Source: Cycas panzhihuaensis (taxonomy: Eukaryota; Plantae; Cycadophyta). From it: 64,000 bases of DNA. The notes below the pieces were generated by a model. That model ran no database searches. It was not told where the DNA came from and saw nothing but the letters and a program-made list of their open reading frames with translations. Location: NCBI GenBank assembly GCA_023213395.1, contig CM041465.1, positions 171,251,741 to 171,315,740 on the forward strand, in the 5' to 3' direction. Positions within the stretch are counted from its first letter, which is position 1; every line of letters starts with the position of its first letter. Both the position numbers and the translations under genes were made by a program. Below, in pieces: positions 1 to 13,168 of the stretch.

Positions 1-35
1 GAGCTACAAGAAACAACCAAATGTTGCTCTCTCCT

Positions 36-3000
36 TGAGGTGACACAAGCTAGTCACACTCATAAACATGAGATAAGATTGGTTAAGATTTAATATATCC
101 AAATGCTAATTAATTAATAATTGAGAAATGATGAATGATATTTGATATTACATAGACCAAATATATTTATAGTCCATCTATGGAAGGTTATGTTCATTTA
201 CAAATAGATATGACTCTTCACTTAATTTAATTATGATTATTTATGCCTAAATATACCATTTAGGCTCATTACAAGCTCTCCACTCTTGAAAGGCTTCATC
301 CTTAAAGCCTACTTAAATAGAATAGTCTTCGTATGAGTAACATAATGTCGTATAGATTTATGAGATTCACATGTCAATTTAAATCGCAATAGAATTAAAC
401 ATGTGATTCAAAAGATACTTTGTTCTAGATTCTCGTTAATCTTTTATTAAACCATGGTATTATAGACCATGGTCTTCTAGTTTGATAAGACTTCTGGCTT
501 TGTGATAATGACATGGTATATTTATTTATTAAGTAGATTGTTGTTAAGAAATCCCAAGGAATCTTCCACTCAATATTATAATTAGGTATCTTGATTTTTT
601 GAGATTTTTATTGATTTTCTATTGTACTTTGAATTTCGATTATGGAGATATCTAATTCGATTTCTTCAACTTTTATAGGAATAAAAGGAATATTGATGAT
701 GGTTCTCAAATAAATGATAGTATTTAGGCAATATTAAAGTGACCATATTACAAGATCTTTTTTCTATATATTTATATTACTATTTGGTGTCGATTTTTCA
801 GATTTGTCATCATTAGTTATTAATCCTGATTTATTGATATTAGGAGGAGTAACATATTTGTTGTCATTAATGTCAGGAGTTAATTTTTCACTGGATGGTT
901 TATTTTCTAATGGAATAATTTGGCGATATATTTTATCATTAGATTCTTGTTTATTGATATCTTTAGTGGAAATGATATGATGAGTAGGGACATCTCATTT
1001 TTAAATTCTCTAATTGTCATCTTTATCTACATGCGAAAATGGTTTTTTTAGAACCTTCAAATTATTGTTCATATCACGTTCTTGGTTGTTTATCACCTTC
1101 ATTAATATGTTTGGATGTGCATCCTTTTAGAAGTTTATTAATTCTTGATTCTTTCTCACTTGTGCTTTTTCCTTTTGAATTATTACCAGCAATATTATGT
1201 CATTAAGGCTTATTAGTTTCATAGATGAATCTAGTTATGATTGATGTTCGAATGTCATTTGATGAGGGGGGTTTTACTTCATCTATTTTTTACTTCACTA
1301 GATTTTCTTTAGGGCTCAATTCAGTAGTAAATTCTATTTGTACTTTAGGAACAATAGTGTCATTCTCTTTAAATTGATTTTTAAATACTATTGAGAACAG
1401 TTCCTAAGTTATAGTTTTATGGTTTTCATTTTTTTGTTCTTGTGACTAATTTTGCCACCAATTGAATGCCGTTTTATACATGTGTAGTGAGGTATATAAT
1501 TTTTTTTTCTTCATCATTTATGATGTTTTGATGTAAGAAAAAGTCTTCTAGCTCTTATAACCATTTGAGGGCATATTCCTTTAGCCCATAGAACTGAGAG
1601 ATGCTAAACTTTTTCTTAATCTTTAATCTATCAAGTAAAGTAATCATAATTTAATGTATTCGACTTTTGACATATCTTGTCTATGTGTTGGATTTAAATA
1701 GTCTAATTCTTTCAAATATTTTGATAGAGAATATTCCATGGTAATGTTTTAAAAGTAACATCATCGTTATTTTTATATTATATTATGTAGATATTAGATG
1801 AGATGATGTAACGTAAGTTATGATTTAGGTATAAATAATAATTGATATGAAAGTAGGTTAAGCCTCTTAATCAGTATAATATATTAGGATTGCATTAACA
1901 TACACACAATTCTAACTCTAAACTTAATAAATGAATAATATATTTATGTCGTTAGTCCTTTGATTGTGGTTATATATGTATCACTATACTACCTTATGCA
2001 GATGTAGGTAAGGTAACTATGGCCTTTCTTAAAAGCACTTAGAATATTTGATAGTCAAAAAGATTAATTTGATCATATAAGCGATGTGATTTGATAAGTG
2101 ATTATAAGTTCTTATAAATAATTTATGTTAAATAATAATATGAACAATTCTAAGATAAATATGAAGAACACTGTGCAGTATATTTAACTATTGAAATATA
2201 TTATGAATATATGATATATAAGTGTTAATAATGATATGGAAAGTGATTATATCATATATTTTAGAATTTATGAATAATGGCACAGATGCTAAAAGATAAA
2301 TGTAAATAATTATAAATGAATATAAATAAGCAATGCATAATATATTTAGACTGTTGAGATATATTATGAGTGTATTATATATATGAGAAAAAATATTTTT
2401 TAATAAGCCACATATAAAAAGTATGAAGAAAGGAGCGGCAAATAGAATAAAGAAAAGTGATTTTCAGAAATGATGTACCAGATTATTAAGGCAACTATGT
2501 GTAATATAATATGTCGATTGAATATAAGTAGTGATACTGGTATTATTAATGCTATCATAATATTATTCCATATATTATTTATACACACTATAAATGGGCT
2601 AGATGGACATAAAAAGACTGAACACTGATGATTTATTTACCGAACAATGGATAGCATGAAAAACTAAACAACCCAAGAGGATAGCCTAACAGATGACCAT
2701 TCAAATGATGGCAAATAACATACTATGATGACGAGTGACAAATTTAGGCTATGTATCACAAGTAGATATCTAGCTAAGTGGTGGACGATAAGAATTTTAT
2801 ATAGGTGATTATTTTTAATGGTCGTTGATATATTAATATAAATGTGTAAATAAACATTAAAGTGATTAGTATTATATAATAGTTTATACAATATTATACA
2901 AATGGAGTAATATAGTTGATAATTATGAGTGCCCTCCTATACTTATATGGTTACACGCTATGAATATATATAGCATACAACATTATTGGTTTATGCCTCT

Positions 3001-3454
3001 AGCAACAATGACACTGTAAGCTCTTACAGAAGACTTGATCATAAACTTTTTAGTTTATTTGTAGTACCAAGGTCTTGTATTAGTCAAATTCAATTGTAGG
3101 TGTTTGGTATTAAGGTATGATGTTAAATAAGATGTTATCACAGTGTTGAAGTGCTAAGATATATATATATATATATATATAATAATTTATAGCACTATCA
3201 GAATTTGGGCTCTGATACCACTTGAGGTGACCCAACCTATTTGTGCTCATAAATAGTAGGCAAGGTTGGTCAAGATTGAATATACACAAAGGATAATTGA
3301 TTAATAATTAATAAATGATGAATGATATTTGATATTACATTGACCCAATATATTTATAATCTATCTATGGAAGGTCATGTCCATTTACAAATAGACATGA
3401 CCCTTTACTTAATCTAATTATAATTGTTTATTCTTAAATACACCATTTAGGCTC
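36..3454 (-). mobile_element. Non-autonomous gag-only LTR retrotransposon (TR-GAG-like, Ty3/gypsy-type gag), copy 1
   Basis: LTRs at 36-273 and 3223-3454 (minus strand TGTAATGAGCC...CACCTCA). tRNA-iMet PBS TGGTATCAGAGC (rc at 3209-3220). Purine-rich PPT AAGAGTGGAGAG next to the 3' LTR. Degenerate gag on the minus strand at ~1360-1620 (SQFYGLKEYALKWL*ELEDFF...EEKKLYTSLHMYKTAFNWW...IT*ELFSIVFKNQF). No PR/RT/IN motifs seen. Confidence 0.8.
3159..3181. repeat. (AT)n microsatellite (paralog at ~28044-28068)
   Basis: Direct reading. Confidence 0.95.
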
Positions 3455-4218
3455 CATGGAAGTTGAATACAAAATAATTATTCATGTCAACACTATAATA
3501 ATTTGGCTATGCAAGATTCTTGTAGAGCTTGGACTTCATCAGACTCGAGCCATTGCTCTCTTTTCTAACAATCAAAGTGTTTTGAAGATGACTAAGAATC
3601 TTGTCTTCCATATCAAAACCGAACACATAGAAGTCCATCATTACTTTATCTATAAGCATATGCAAAATGGAGAAGTTGACTTAGTATACTAACTGACTAA
3701 AGACCAAGTGATAGATATCTTTACCAAATAACTTGGGAGACCAAATTTCAGAAGGTTTTGGCATGACCTCAACGTCAAAACAAATAGAGTTGTCATTGAG
3801 GGAGGTGTGAAAACATTTAACAACACCTTATTTATAATTATATTTTTGTGCATCTTATATCCTTGATGTGCCATGATGTAATTCAAATGTAATGTAATAT
3901 TATCTCATATCTATCCCCTTACTAAAAAATGGACCAATAATATTTGCCTATTATATCAATCACTGAGATTTATTTGTAAGGCATATCTTCATCTCTAAAT
4001 TATACCTAAACACCCTCATTTATACATTAAATTATTATGTATACAAAAGCTCTATCAAAATATAGATCGATGGTGTAATTAGTTTACCCGTCGTAGTTCT
4101 TTGTTATCAATTTGCTTTATTCTGTTGTCTATTGTATATTATTTATGTTGTTCCTTCTTTTATATCTTTTATATTTGTACACAAATATGTTATCTTGATC
4201 TTGTTTATGAATTTTACA
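3455..4218 (+). mobile_element. Ty1/copia 3' remnant: RNaseH end, PPT and 3' LTR (3806-4218)
   Basis: ORF MEVEYK...NNQSVLKMTKNLVFHIKTEHIEVHHYFI...DQVIDIFTK is the copia RNaseH motif. It joins KKQPNVALS at 1-35 across the inserted element. PPT GAGGGAGG at 3798-3805, then TG...CA LTR. Confidence 0.85.
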
Positions 4219-5818
4219 TAGAGGTCCTCAATAGAACTTTAGAGATATATCTATGTTGTTTTTCCTCAAAACACCAAAATTAATAAAGGTGTTGGTTAGC
4301 TCTAGTAGAATATTGGTATAATTCCTTACACCACTCTACAATTAGCATGCCCTCTTTCATGGCCCTACATAGTTATCCCCTACCTTCCCATTAAACATTG
4401 ACCACTAACTTGCATACAACCTCAATATAACAGAAATTGTAAAATATGGACAAAATCCTAAACACCCTCAAACAAATCTTGGCAATGGCTTAGAGTCATA
4501 TAAAGCAACGTGATGACTTCCACCACTCTTATTGAATCTTTTCTATTGGTGATATGGTCTTTATTCACCTCCAACTATATAAATAACAATCACTCTACCA
4601 CAATAGAAACCATAAACTTAATCCTTGATACTATGGTTCTTATAAGGTTAGCCTACACATTGATAAAGTTGCTTATGCCCTTGAACTCCCTTCTGATACT
4701 AAGATCTATAATGTCTTCCATGTGTCATGTCTAAAAATGCCCCTTGGAAAGTATATTATATCATAGACCACTCTCCTAAACCTTGTTGAAGAGTAACTCC
4801 TAACTATTCCCCCAGACTATATTTTGGAAACTAAACACCTCCATCTCTAAAATAGGATTGTTTCAAACATTCAGTGTAATTGACTGGCAACATACCTAAA
4901 GAAGTGATATGGAATTTGGATGAATTCATCAAGAAGCATCCACATTTATTACGTTATGGGGACTAAGGTCTCAGGGTAGGGGACATGTTATATAACGACT
5001 AGTTATTGGCAGAACTCTTATCAATGTACTCCTTGTTAGTAAGAAGCAGATGTTAATTTTGACCATTAAAATGTGTGTGTGGGCTACTGAAGGCCACTAA
5101 TAGAAATAAAGGTCGAATACCTTTCCAATGTGATTCATTGACTAAACAACCATTTTACCTATTTAAGGCCCTATGGATGTAAAAGAAGATTAGTTTAGAA
5201 TATGAAATTGCTATTGCCCATTTGGTGGATTTTTTTGGTATTTGTTTTAGTGTTCATTTATGCTCTTTCTATATTTTATTCTTCTATTTTATGTTTAGGT
5301 GCAAAGAAATACTAGGATGAACCATATTAAGTGGTATTAGAGCTTGGTTATGTGATGAAGGGGACCTATGCAATAAGCAAAAATCAAGATTTTTTTTTCC
5401 AACCAAATTAAGTACTCTCTTTGTATAAGTAGAGATTAAGGAAAGACCTTCTCTCAATACTCTTTCCACATAAAGACCGAGGAATAGAACCAATGGCATT
5501 CACTTGGTGGCTATCCTTTCCCCTTCTACTCTTCATTCTCAGATAGATAATTTTGTATGGAGACCACCCAAAGTAGTTAAGTAGAGACGTTATACCAGGG
5601 ATTTATAAAGATCATAGTAATCTATCATTTTGGCTAAGTGTATTGTGGTTTTTCTGCCCCTTACATGAAAGATTAGAAATAACACTCCTGAATAAACCAC
5701 TAAACATAATGTGGCTACAGAATTATATCTCCACATAGCTTTGATTATATAGAAGGACCCCTATAGGTCCTAAATCCTTCCTAGTGTAGGTAACCTATAA
5801 GTTACTAAAGTCATATAG
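4219..5818 (+). mobile_element. Ty3/gypsy chromovirus remnant: integrase C-terminus/chromodomain, PPT, LTR (4986-~5329), PBS (5332-5343) and 5' leader of a following unit
   Basis: EVLNRTLEIYLCCF, P*YYGSYKV, VAYALELPSDTKIYNVFHVSCLK and a chromodomain-like tail. PPT GGGTAGGGGA before TGTTAT. TGGTATTAGAGC at 5332. Homologous to 33893-34810. Confidence 0.8.
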
Positions 5819-6810
5819 AGTTGTACTTAGGCAATAATAGGATCTCTGGATAAATTCCTTCCTCTATTGGCGATCTTTAACAACTGAGATACCTTGATCT
5901 CCATCAAAACCAATTGACAGGAAGGATACCAGAGACTCTGGGAAATTGTTGGTGTATGGAATTGCTAGATATGTCCTAAAATAGATTCATTGAAGACATA
6001 CCGCAAAATGTTGCCAGCCTTCCAAATTTACTTAAATATTTCAATTTGTCGATCAACTCTCGGTGAGGCTCCTTGCCTTTGGAGATCGGTCAGATGGCAA
6101 AGGTCTTAGCTATAGATATTTCTATGAATCGCTTAGACGGTGCCATTTCGGGCACCCTTAGAGGTTGCTCGACTCTATAATACCTCAATCTTTCTCATAA
6201 TGGATTAGAAGGGGGTATGTCTCCAGATTCGTTTGGCCAACTAAGAAGTCTCCAGGACATGGATCTCTCTTTCAATGGCTTATCCAGAAGAATGCCAGAG
6301 TCCTTGCAAACGCTCAATATGCTTGCTCACTTGAACCTCTCTTTTAATAACTTGAGCGGAGAAATCCCAAGACCAGGGGTGTTTACCAATCTTACCAGTG
6401 CATCGTTTATAGGAAATCCTGGCCTTTGTGGATCGTGGATACATTTGCCTGCATGTCTCATACATACGGGAAACACACGATTCTCGCACCGCGCAGTTCT
6501 CAAATGAATAATAGTGTCGGTAGCTGCTGCTGACGGTCTTATATTGTTCATCTTACTCGTGGGCTTCTTTCAGAGTCGCAATTGGTATCTTAAGCATTTA
6601 GATCTCTCCAAAGGTTTTATGCCAAAACGAGGGCCCCCAAGGATTTCATATCAGGAGCTTCTTACTACAACTAATGGTTTGGTTTCGACTAGGCCAACTT
6701 GCTAGGAGTTGGTAGGTTTGGGTCTGTCTATAAAGCCATTCTTTGTGACGGAACCACGACTGCCATAAAGGTGTTTCCTTTGCAGAACGAAGAGTATGAC
6801 AAAAGTAGAG
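5818..6810 (+). pseudogene. LRR receptor-like kinase pseudogene fragment A (LRR-XII / EFR-Xa21-FLS2-like): C-terminal LRRs, TM, kinase subdomains I-II
   Basis: Plant LRR consensus repeats (LYLGNNRISG*IPSSIG, LDLHQNQLTGRIPETLG, LNLSFNNLSGEIP), SFIGNPGLCG, a TM helix, RISYQELLTTTNG, LLGVGRFGSVYKAILCDGTTTAIKVF. Several in-frame stops, a frameshift near 6680, truncated at both ends. Confidence 0.92.
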
Positions 6811-6879
6811 AACGACTTTAAGATGAGTTGGTACTAATTTGTGTGTACATGAATTTGGAGGGGGTGGAAGAAATAATAT

Positions 6880-7675
6880 AAAGAAAAGGGATCCTATGAC
6901 ATTGTCATTTTAGACTATTTGTCCATTCATCTTCTATGCTCATTATGTATCTATCTTTCAAATAATAAAGTAGTGTAGATTGTTATAGTCTGTGAGCACC
7001 GATACGTAGCCCGTATATTCAAAGCCACAATGTATATTGATTTATAAAAGATTTTTGAGCAAAAATAAAGTAGGATTGTGTAGATTTATGAGATAGGTTA
7101 TTTTTTATTTTTTCGTAAAAATTGCATCAATCAAGTCATTTTGAATTGTTTTTTTTTTTTTTTTTTTTGTATGATAAAAAATGGTCCACAGACATGTAAT
7201 CATTTTTTTATTTTTATTTTTTCAACTATGTGGAGAGTAAATGGGAGGGTTGAGTACCCTCTCCCCATCTCTCCCCACTGAAGTCCCCTGAAGGCGCCTA
7301 TCGGCGTAACAAATATAATAAAAAAAAAACAACACTTCTTTGAGAGTAAGGATGAAAGAAGAGAGAGGAAATGAGTGAGGTAAGAGACAATGCACTCAAG
7401 TATGGGATGGGACATGGGTACAAAAGGCTAAGATGACATGATATTAGATGTGATATAAGTATAAAGAGGATAAATAATATGTGATTATAATTAATATTAA
7501 AAAAATAATATCAAGTATGCATGTACAAATAAATCCACGATAATTATTTGCAATCACAACAATCACCCACTTGATACTAATTTTGAGGATGAAATAAGAT
7601 TTCAAACTATCAATTATTTATGAAAATGATAAAGAATATATAAATAAGCTCTTATGCAATTATTGTTTAAATGCT
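6880..7675 (+). repeat. RLK 3' flank shared with 38251-38700
   Basis: 6880-6970 and 7312-7675 align to 38251-38340 and 38340-38700. Copy B lacks ~6970-7311. Confidence 0.85.
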
Positions 7676-8420
7676 CGAAGCTATTCTAATAATTAATCAA
7701 TAATACATAAAATATGCTAATAATTATTTTAATACTCAAGTAAAAGTCCTTTTGTCAAAACATCCTAAAAAATAAACTCGTGCATATTCTCTTAATAAGA
7801 CTTAAAGGCAGGGTATACAATAATTTTACAAGAGGCTACCATCATAGCCAAATAAACACAAATCAAACCATAAGAATATTGTAACATCATAAACTTTTCT
7901 TCAAAAATTACTTTTTCACAAGTGAAACTAAAATAATATATGATCTATATGTTGATCATGCTACTTATGTTACTCATGTAGGGGTATGTGTCAAAATTGT
8001 AACTAAAATAACTTTTAAAAAAACTAAATTTAATATCAATATTTATCATAAAAAAGGTAGGTATAAAAGGCTTCCATTTTTTATAAGAATAGAAGAGTAC
8101 CCAAAGCTACAATATGATATGCTCAATGCAATTTACAATGATGCCATGAATAAAAAGTTAAAGATTCACTAAAAATATAAAATTATATAATTCCTAAAGT
8201 AAAACTCAAATTTATTGAGGATAAGGGGATGGAGACCCTTCCTCCTCTCCCTTTAATGTCCTAATCTATGTGTTTCTTCTATGAGTCTTAGGACACTTAA
8301 GAGCTTGTACGGATAGTAGATTCATACTTACACTTCAATGTAGATATTTGATAGGAGTGGAAGATTAGTTGGGAGTGTAGAAATTTTAGCTTGTTTTGAT
8401 ATAACATATTAACAAATGTA

Positions 8421-9554
8421 TATGAGTAGAATATGTATTAACCATTAATGTATTCATAAATATATACGCATCAATAATTACATGATCATTCAACAATATA
8501 AAGGATAATAAAGGTAATCAAAGAGTTAATCATAAAATCATAATATGACACAATGCTTAACATGAAAAGCCTGTGCATGGAAAAAATCACCTCTAGAAAT
8601 CACGCATAAGATATCATATTATATAATAAACTTGACTTTGTTACTTCTTCATATCTACAATGTGAGAAAGAACACAAGAAAAATGGAGGTAGATGGAGTG
8701 GTGATGGAGATGAAGTGTACCAAATAAAGACACACCATAATGAACCTAAATAAAACTAATATTTGATTAACAAAATATAACTTTATAATGCATAGGGTGG
8801 TGTGCTTATAATAGCACAAGATCACCCTTAAACCTTAGTTCTTATATTATTTTATTAACCTACCTCTAACTTGACCTATCACCCATTTCCTATATTATTT
8901 AATTAGCATAACACTAACCTGACTAACCTAACTTAATTCCATGTGAACACTATTATCCTAACCTAATTTTATATGGTGAGGATCACCATATGCCCTCCCC
9001 CCTTAGGTGCTTTACCCCCAAAGCATCTAAATACATGAATACATATGATTACCACCTCCTGTTGTTGTTAGGATGTTTATAGTAGATGTTTCATCCTTCT
9101 ACCATAATATGAAAACTACTATTGCACTTGATATTAGAGAAGAATGATGCTTTATATACACTTTTTCTGTTGAATAGGAATATGCATCGAATAAGTGAAG
9201 TCCCTTTTATTGGATATTATTATCAAAGAAATGAGGACCCATGGTGTAATAATGTGGGGATCTACAAAATTAGGGATCTAATTACTCCTACAAGATGGAT
9301 AAGGATGACACCTCTATTTTATACTTAAGCTCTTTTTTAATGCTTACACATTTACACTACATGGTTGAGTGATATTGGTCCTTTAAAAGTTCACCTTGTT
9401 TAACATGTAACTCATAATTTTCTTCTAAGGTGATAAACTCCATGTTGATCACATTGTGATTTAGTGGAGAGCTAAGTAAAGGGATTTCAACATGCTTATT
9501 CGAAGTTGATAGACAAGAAAAATTTATATCAACCATGGATTTTATTTCCCTAAT

Positions 9555-9587
<33 letters not shown>

Positions 9588-9700
9588 GGTCCTTCCTCTC
9601 ATAAGGGAACTTTGATTAGAAATGAGTTCTTTATGTGCTAGTGGAGAGAAAATTTAAGGAGACCTATAGTGTTCAAGATATCATTTATGTACCCACCACT
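8421..9700 (-). mobile_element. Degenerate LTR (~8421-8990) with PPT and 3' internal remnant
   Basis: LTR-like AACATGAAAAGCC...GAAAAAATCAC motif. rc PPT CCCTCCCCCCTTA at ~8993-9004. Boundaries uncertain. Confidence 0.45.
9555..9583. repeat. (TTC)9 microsatellite
   Basis: Direct reading. Confidence 0.95.
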
Positions 9701-9847
9701 AAAGGTATAATTTTCAATTATAGAATACCTTAACAAATCTTCTCATACACGGTTAGGTTAACCTCCTTAGAGTATGTGGGTAAGGTTATATGTTAGTCAT
9801 CAAAAGTGACTAAACCATAAAGACTAAAATGAAGAAGTTGGGTCATG

Positions 9848-9985
9848 ATATCTATCTATCTATCTATCTATCTACCTATCTATATATCTATCTATCTATC
9901 TATCTATCTATATATACATATATATATACACATACACACACACATACACACATATGTATGTATACATATATACATACATATGTAT
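9848..9985. repeat. Compound microsatellite (ATCT)n/(AT)n/(AC)n/(ATAC)n
   Basis: Direct reading; explains ORF 9829-10038. Confidence 0.95.
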
Positions 9986-10499
9986 TCATGTACAATATAA
10001 ATCTTTATGAAATTATAAGATCTAATGGTAAACTTTAATATCTAGTACAAATAAAGTGCAAAATATATTACATAATAGCCTAAAATTAAGCCCACAAAAT
10101 AAGGATTCTTCTAGAATAGATGAAATTGAATTTTAAGTCCATATGGAAAAGATATAGGTAAAACTATAAATGTTGGTGCTAAAATTTCAAGATGGCTCTT
10201 TTAATTAAGTTTTAGCCCCTTTGAAAAAGTGAACTTGGTCACTCTATCTCATGCATATGAGCTCTAGTGGACTTCACTTATAAATAAGCTAATGTTTAAT
10301 ATTTATAACCTTGCATTATAAATGATAGAGGAAAAAAATTATATTATACTTATGCATTAATTAACTAACAAATGATGGTAGACAATAAGGGTTCAAAGAT
10401 GTATTTTGAGCTCTATAGAAATCAAATTCATTGGAAATTGTAGAAGGGAATGTACCTCTACATTTACTTCAATTTCCCATTTAGAAAAATGAATATTGC

Positions 10500-11800
10500 T
10501 ACATGTGGAGGGAGATCCATGTTATTAAACATTGTATAGGAAATAACCAAGTGACAAATTGAGTGGCCACTTCATAGAGATAATGTCTTTGATAAAATGA
10601 GATTATATAATTTGTTCATTTAATTGTTAATAGCCATAAGAAATATCAATAGCTTTGGCTTGAATATGGTATTTCAAACTTGCAAAAATCCCTAAATTAT
10701 ATGGAGACAGCAAAACTTTCCTCACTACTTATCAATTATTAATGAAGTCAAACTTTGCATCACTTGTATAATGCCTTATTAAAGTAATTTCAAATCTATC
10801 AGCCTTTTAATGTGGATATATACATTCAAAATCTAAAATCTATGCACCATACACCATTCTTTGTTTAAGCATTCAAACTAGCATAGAATATATTCTCATT
10901 CCTCAACCTCGTTATAGTCCTCTCTATAACTGTATTTATTGAATTGTTTCTTTTATCATAACACTCATTTAAATAGTTTATATCAATTCCATAAATATAG
11001 AAAGTCAATACAAAACATGTTCCTCTACCTCTCCTTAAGGTATAGGAGCTTTGTTATTTCCTCTTAAATGAGATCTTCCTCTAGCATTTTCAGAGCTTGA
11101 AGCTTAAAATTTATGAGCTTGAGAATTTTAAGAATATGTATTTACTTGAGGATCCAGTCTCCTAAATCTTCCTCTTAAGCATGTTGTCGAGATAAATGGT
11201 TACTTCATATTTTTATTAGAATTTTACTTTCTTTCCTCTTCTATGAGTTGCATGGAAAGTAATTGATCAATTATAAGTGTAGATAAGTCTTTAATGACTT
11301 CTATGGTTGTTGTAATATTCTCAAACTTCTTAGCTTTTGTTACACACCATAGAATTTTCTCTACAACTCTTTATTCTAGGATGTGTTCCCTTAGAGCATG
11401 TATTTAATTCACTACATCTTTAATTCTAATGATAAATCCATTGATTAACTCATAAGCACATATTCTAAGGCTCTTAAAGTTTCTTCTAGTTGTTTTTAAT
11501 ATTATACTTGTTGTACCATCATAAGCTATTTTAAAAGTTTCCCAAACTTGCTTAGCAATTATTCCACTTGGAAGGCAAGGGTATACTTCTTCTTCTAGAT
11601 TTGCATAAATAAATTCAGGTGCAAGAGTATTCTTCATTTTATTTTTTGGAGTTGAAAAAGTAAAACCATTTGACACTATGCCTTAAAAACCTATACTAGT
11701 TAATGAAATTTGCATACTTATAGACCACCCCAAATAGTTCTTTCCATTATATTTGGGATAATAAATTTATATGAAGCCATTACAAAAGTTCACCTTAAAT
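10500..11800 (-). mobile_element. Ty1/copia gag (UBN2-type) and protease remnant
   Basis: IPKYNGKNYLGWSISM...AKQVWETFKIAYDGTTS..LKTTRRNFKSL...RVVEKIL...KFENITTTIEVIKDLSTL, and a degraded VWCID protease motif near 10850. Confidence 0.8.
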
Positions 11801-12379
11801 GAATATAAGATGGGCCACATAGTCACACAGATATGTTAATAAGATGATAGATACCCTATCCTAGATTTTAGGACCTCCTTCTGCCTCTTAATCCTTTATA
11901 GGACTTAATATATAAATTATAATAAATTTCTTAATAAAATACTTTTCTATAGCCTTCTAGGGTTTAAAACTCAATTTCCTTAGAGTTAAGAAATAGATTG
12001 AAAGATGATGTAGAGGGCGTAAAAGAAAATTTTATCTAGTTACAATGTAGGGATTTAATATAAAGGCTCCACTTTGGAATAAAATTTCTCCATGAAAATG
12101 GCACCAAAATATATCATATCATATATAAAAATGACTATTGTTGAGACAAGATTCCAAAATTTAGACTCTTTAGAAAATGGACTCCTAGAACTTAAGATAT
12201 TAAAGAAAATACATAGGTGCCCCTTTATGAAAAATAAAATTGGGTAGATTAGGGTTTAACCCCTCTCAATAATTAGTGGTTGGATATATGACACTATTAA
12301 GGACTAGTAGTTAATGTCACTGAGAGCTAATAGACTATGAATAGAATTCTAATCTAGCTTAATTTTTTTAAAATATTGT

Positions 12380-12382
<3 letters not shown>

Positions 12383-12444
<62 letters not shown>
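12383..12444. repeat. (AT)31 microsatellite
   Basis: Direct reading. Confidence 0.97.
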
Positions 12445-12446
<2 letters not shown>

Positions 12447-13168
12447 AGTATTAAACATTTCACCTACATGTAAAAAATTCTTCCTCATTCTGCAAAAAAA
12501 TAAAATAAACTCTATAAATAATAGATCAAATGATGTTCTCATAGGTGAGGTTGAGCCATTGATGGATCACTCAGTGTAGATTCCTCATATACTTGTAGTG
12601 GGTATAGATAAGTTACACACCACAGAGACTAAATCTCCATTGAGCAACTTAAGATGACATAATCTCTAAAGGTAAAATGACTATGAGTGATGAATCTAAG
12701 GGCATACGTCTCCATACATAGCAGTGAACTAACATAGTTCCACAGATGATTCACACTAGGATGGTCACATAATATGAATTAAAGGCACCATTTAGATAAG
12801 AAGATATATGTCATGTGGAGTATAATAAATATAAATAAATTTAAATGATTTCAACTAAGGAGAATATATTTGAATAGATTCTCAAATAGACTTGGAATAA
12901 CTCCATAATTAAATAGAAAATGGCTTCAAAATAAAATTGAATAGACTGCAATAGTTATGTCTACCAACATACAAACTAGATAATCTTGTATATGCAACTT
13001 AGGGTTTCTTTATCAAAATGGATAATACAAATAACTGAATCTATATAGCCACCTCCTCATAATCAATGAACTAGGGTTTCACCTTAACACTGGTAAACTA
13101 GTAAACCTATAAAATAATAGACTTGTAATATATCTTTCTTTTTATCATAGCTCTAATATTTCACTTGA

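Larger units (their letters stand above)
1..5818 (+). repeat. Segmental duplication copy A (homologous to 24883-30764; extends past left window edge)
   Basis: Collinear match by eye throughout, including the same nested TE junctions and (AT)n tract. Similarity ends at ...AAAGTCATATAG (5818 / 30764). Confidence 0.93.

Noticed and set aside
5810-5825. Gypsy insertion site (LTR end + TSD) into the RLK
   Set aside because: A canonical PBS lies upstream at 5332 and the paralogous copy continues into gypsy sequence, so a deletion junction fits better.
9829-10038. 69-aa ORF with IYLS/TH repeats
   Set aside because: Translation of a compound microsatellite.
12354-12542. ORF with YIYIYI run
   Set aside because: Translation of (AT)31.
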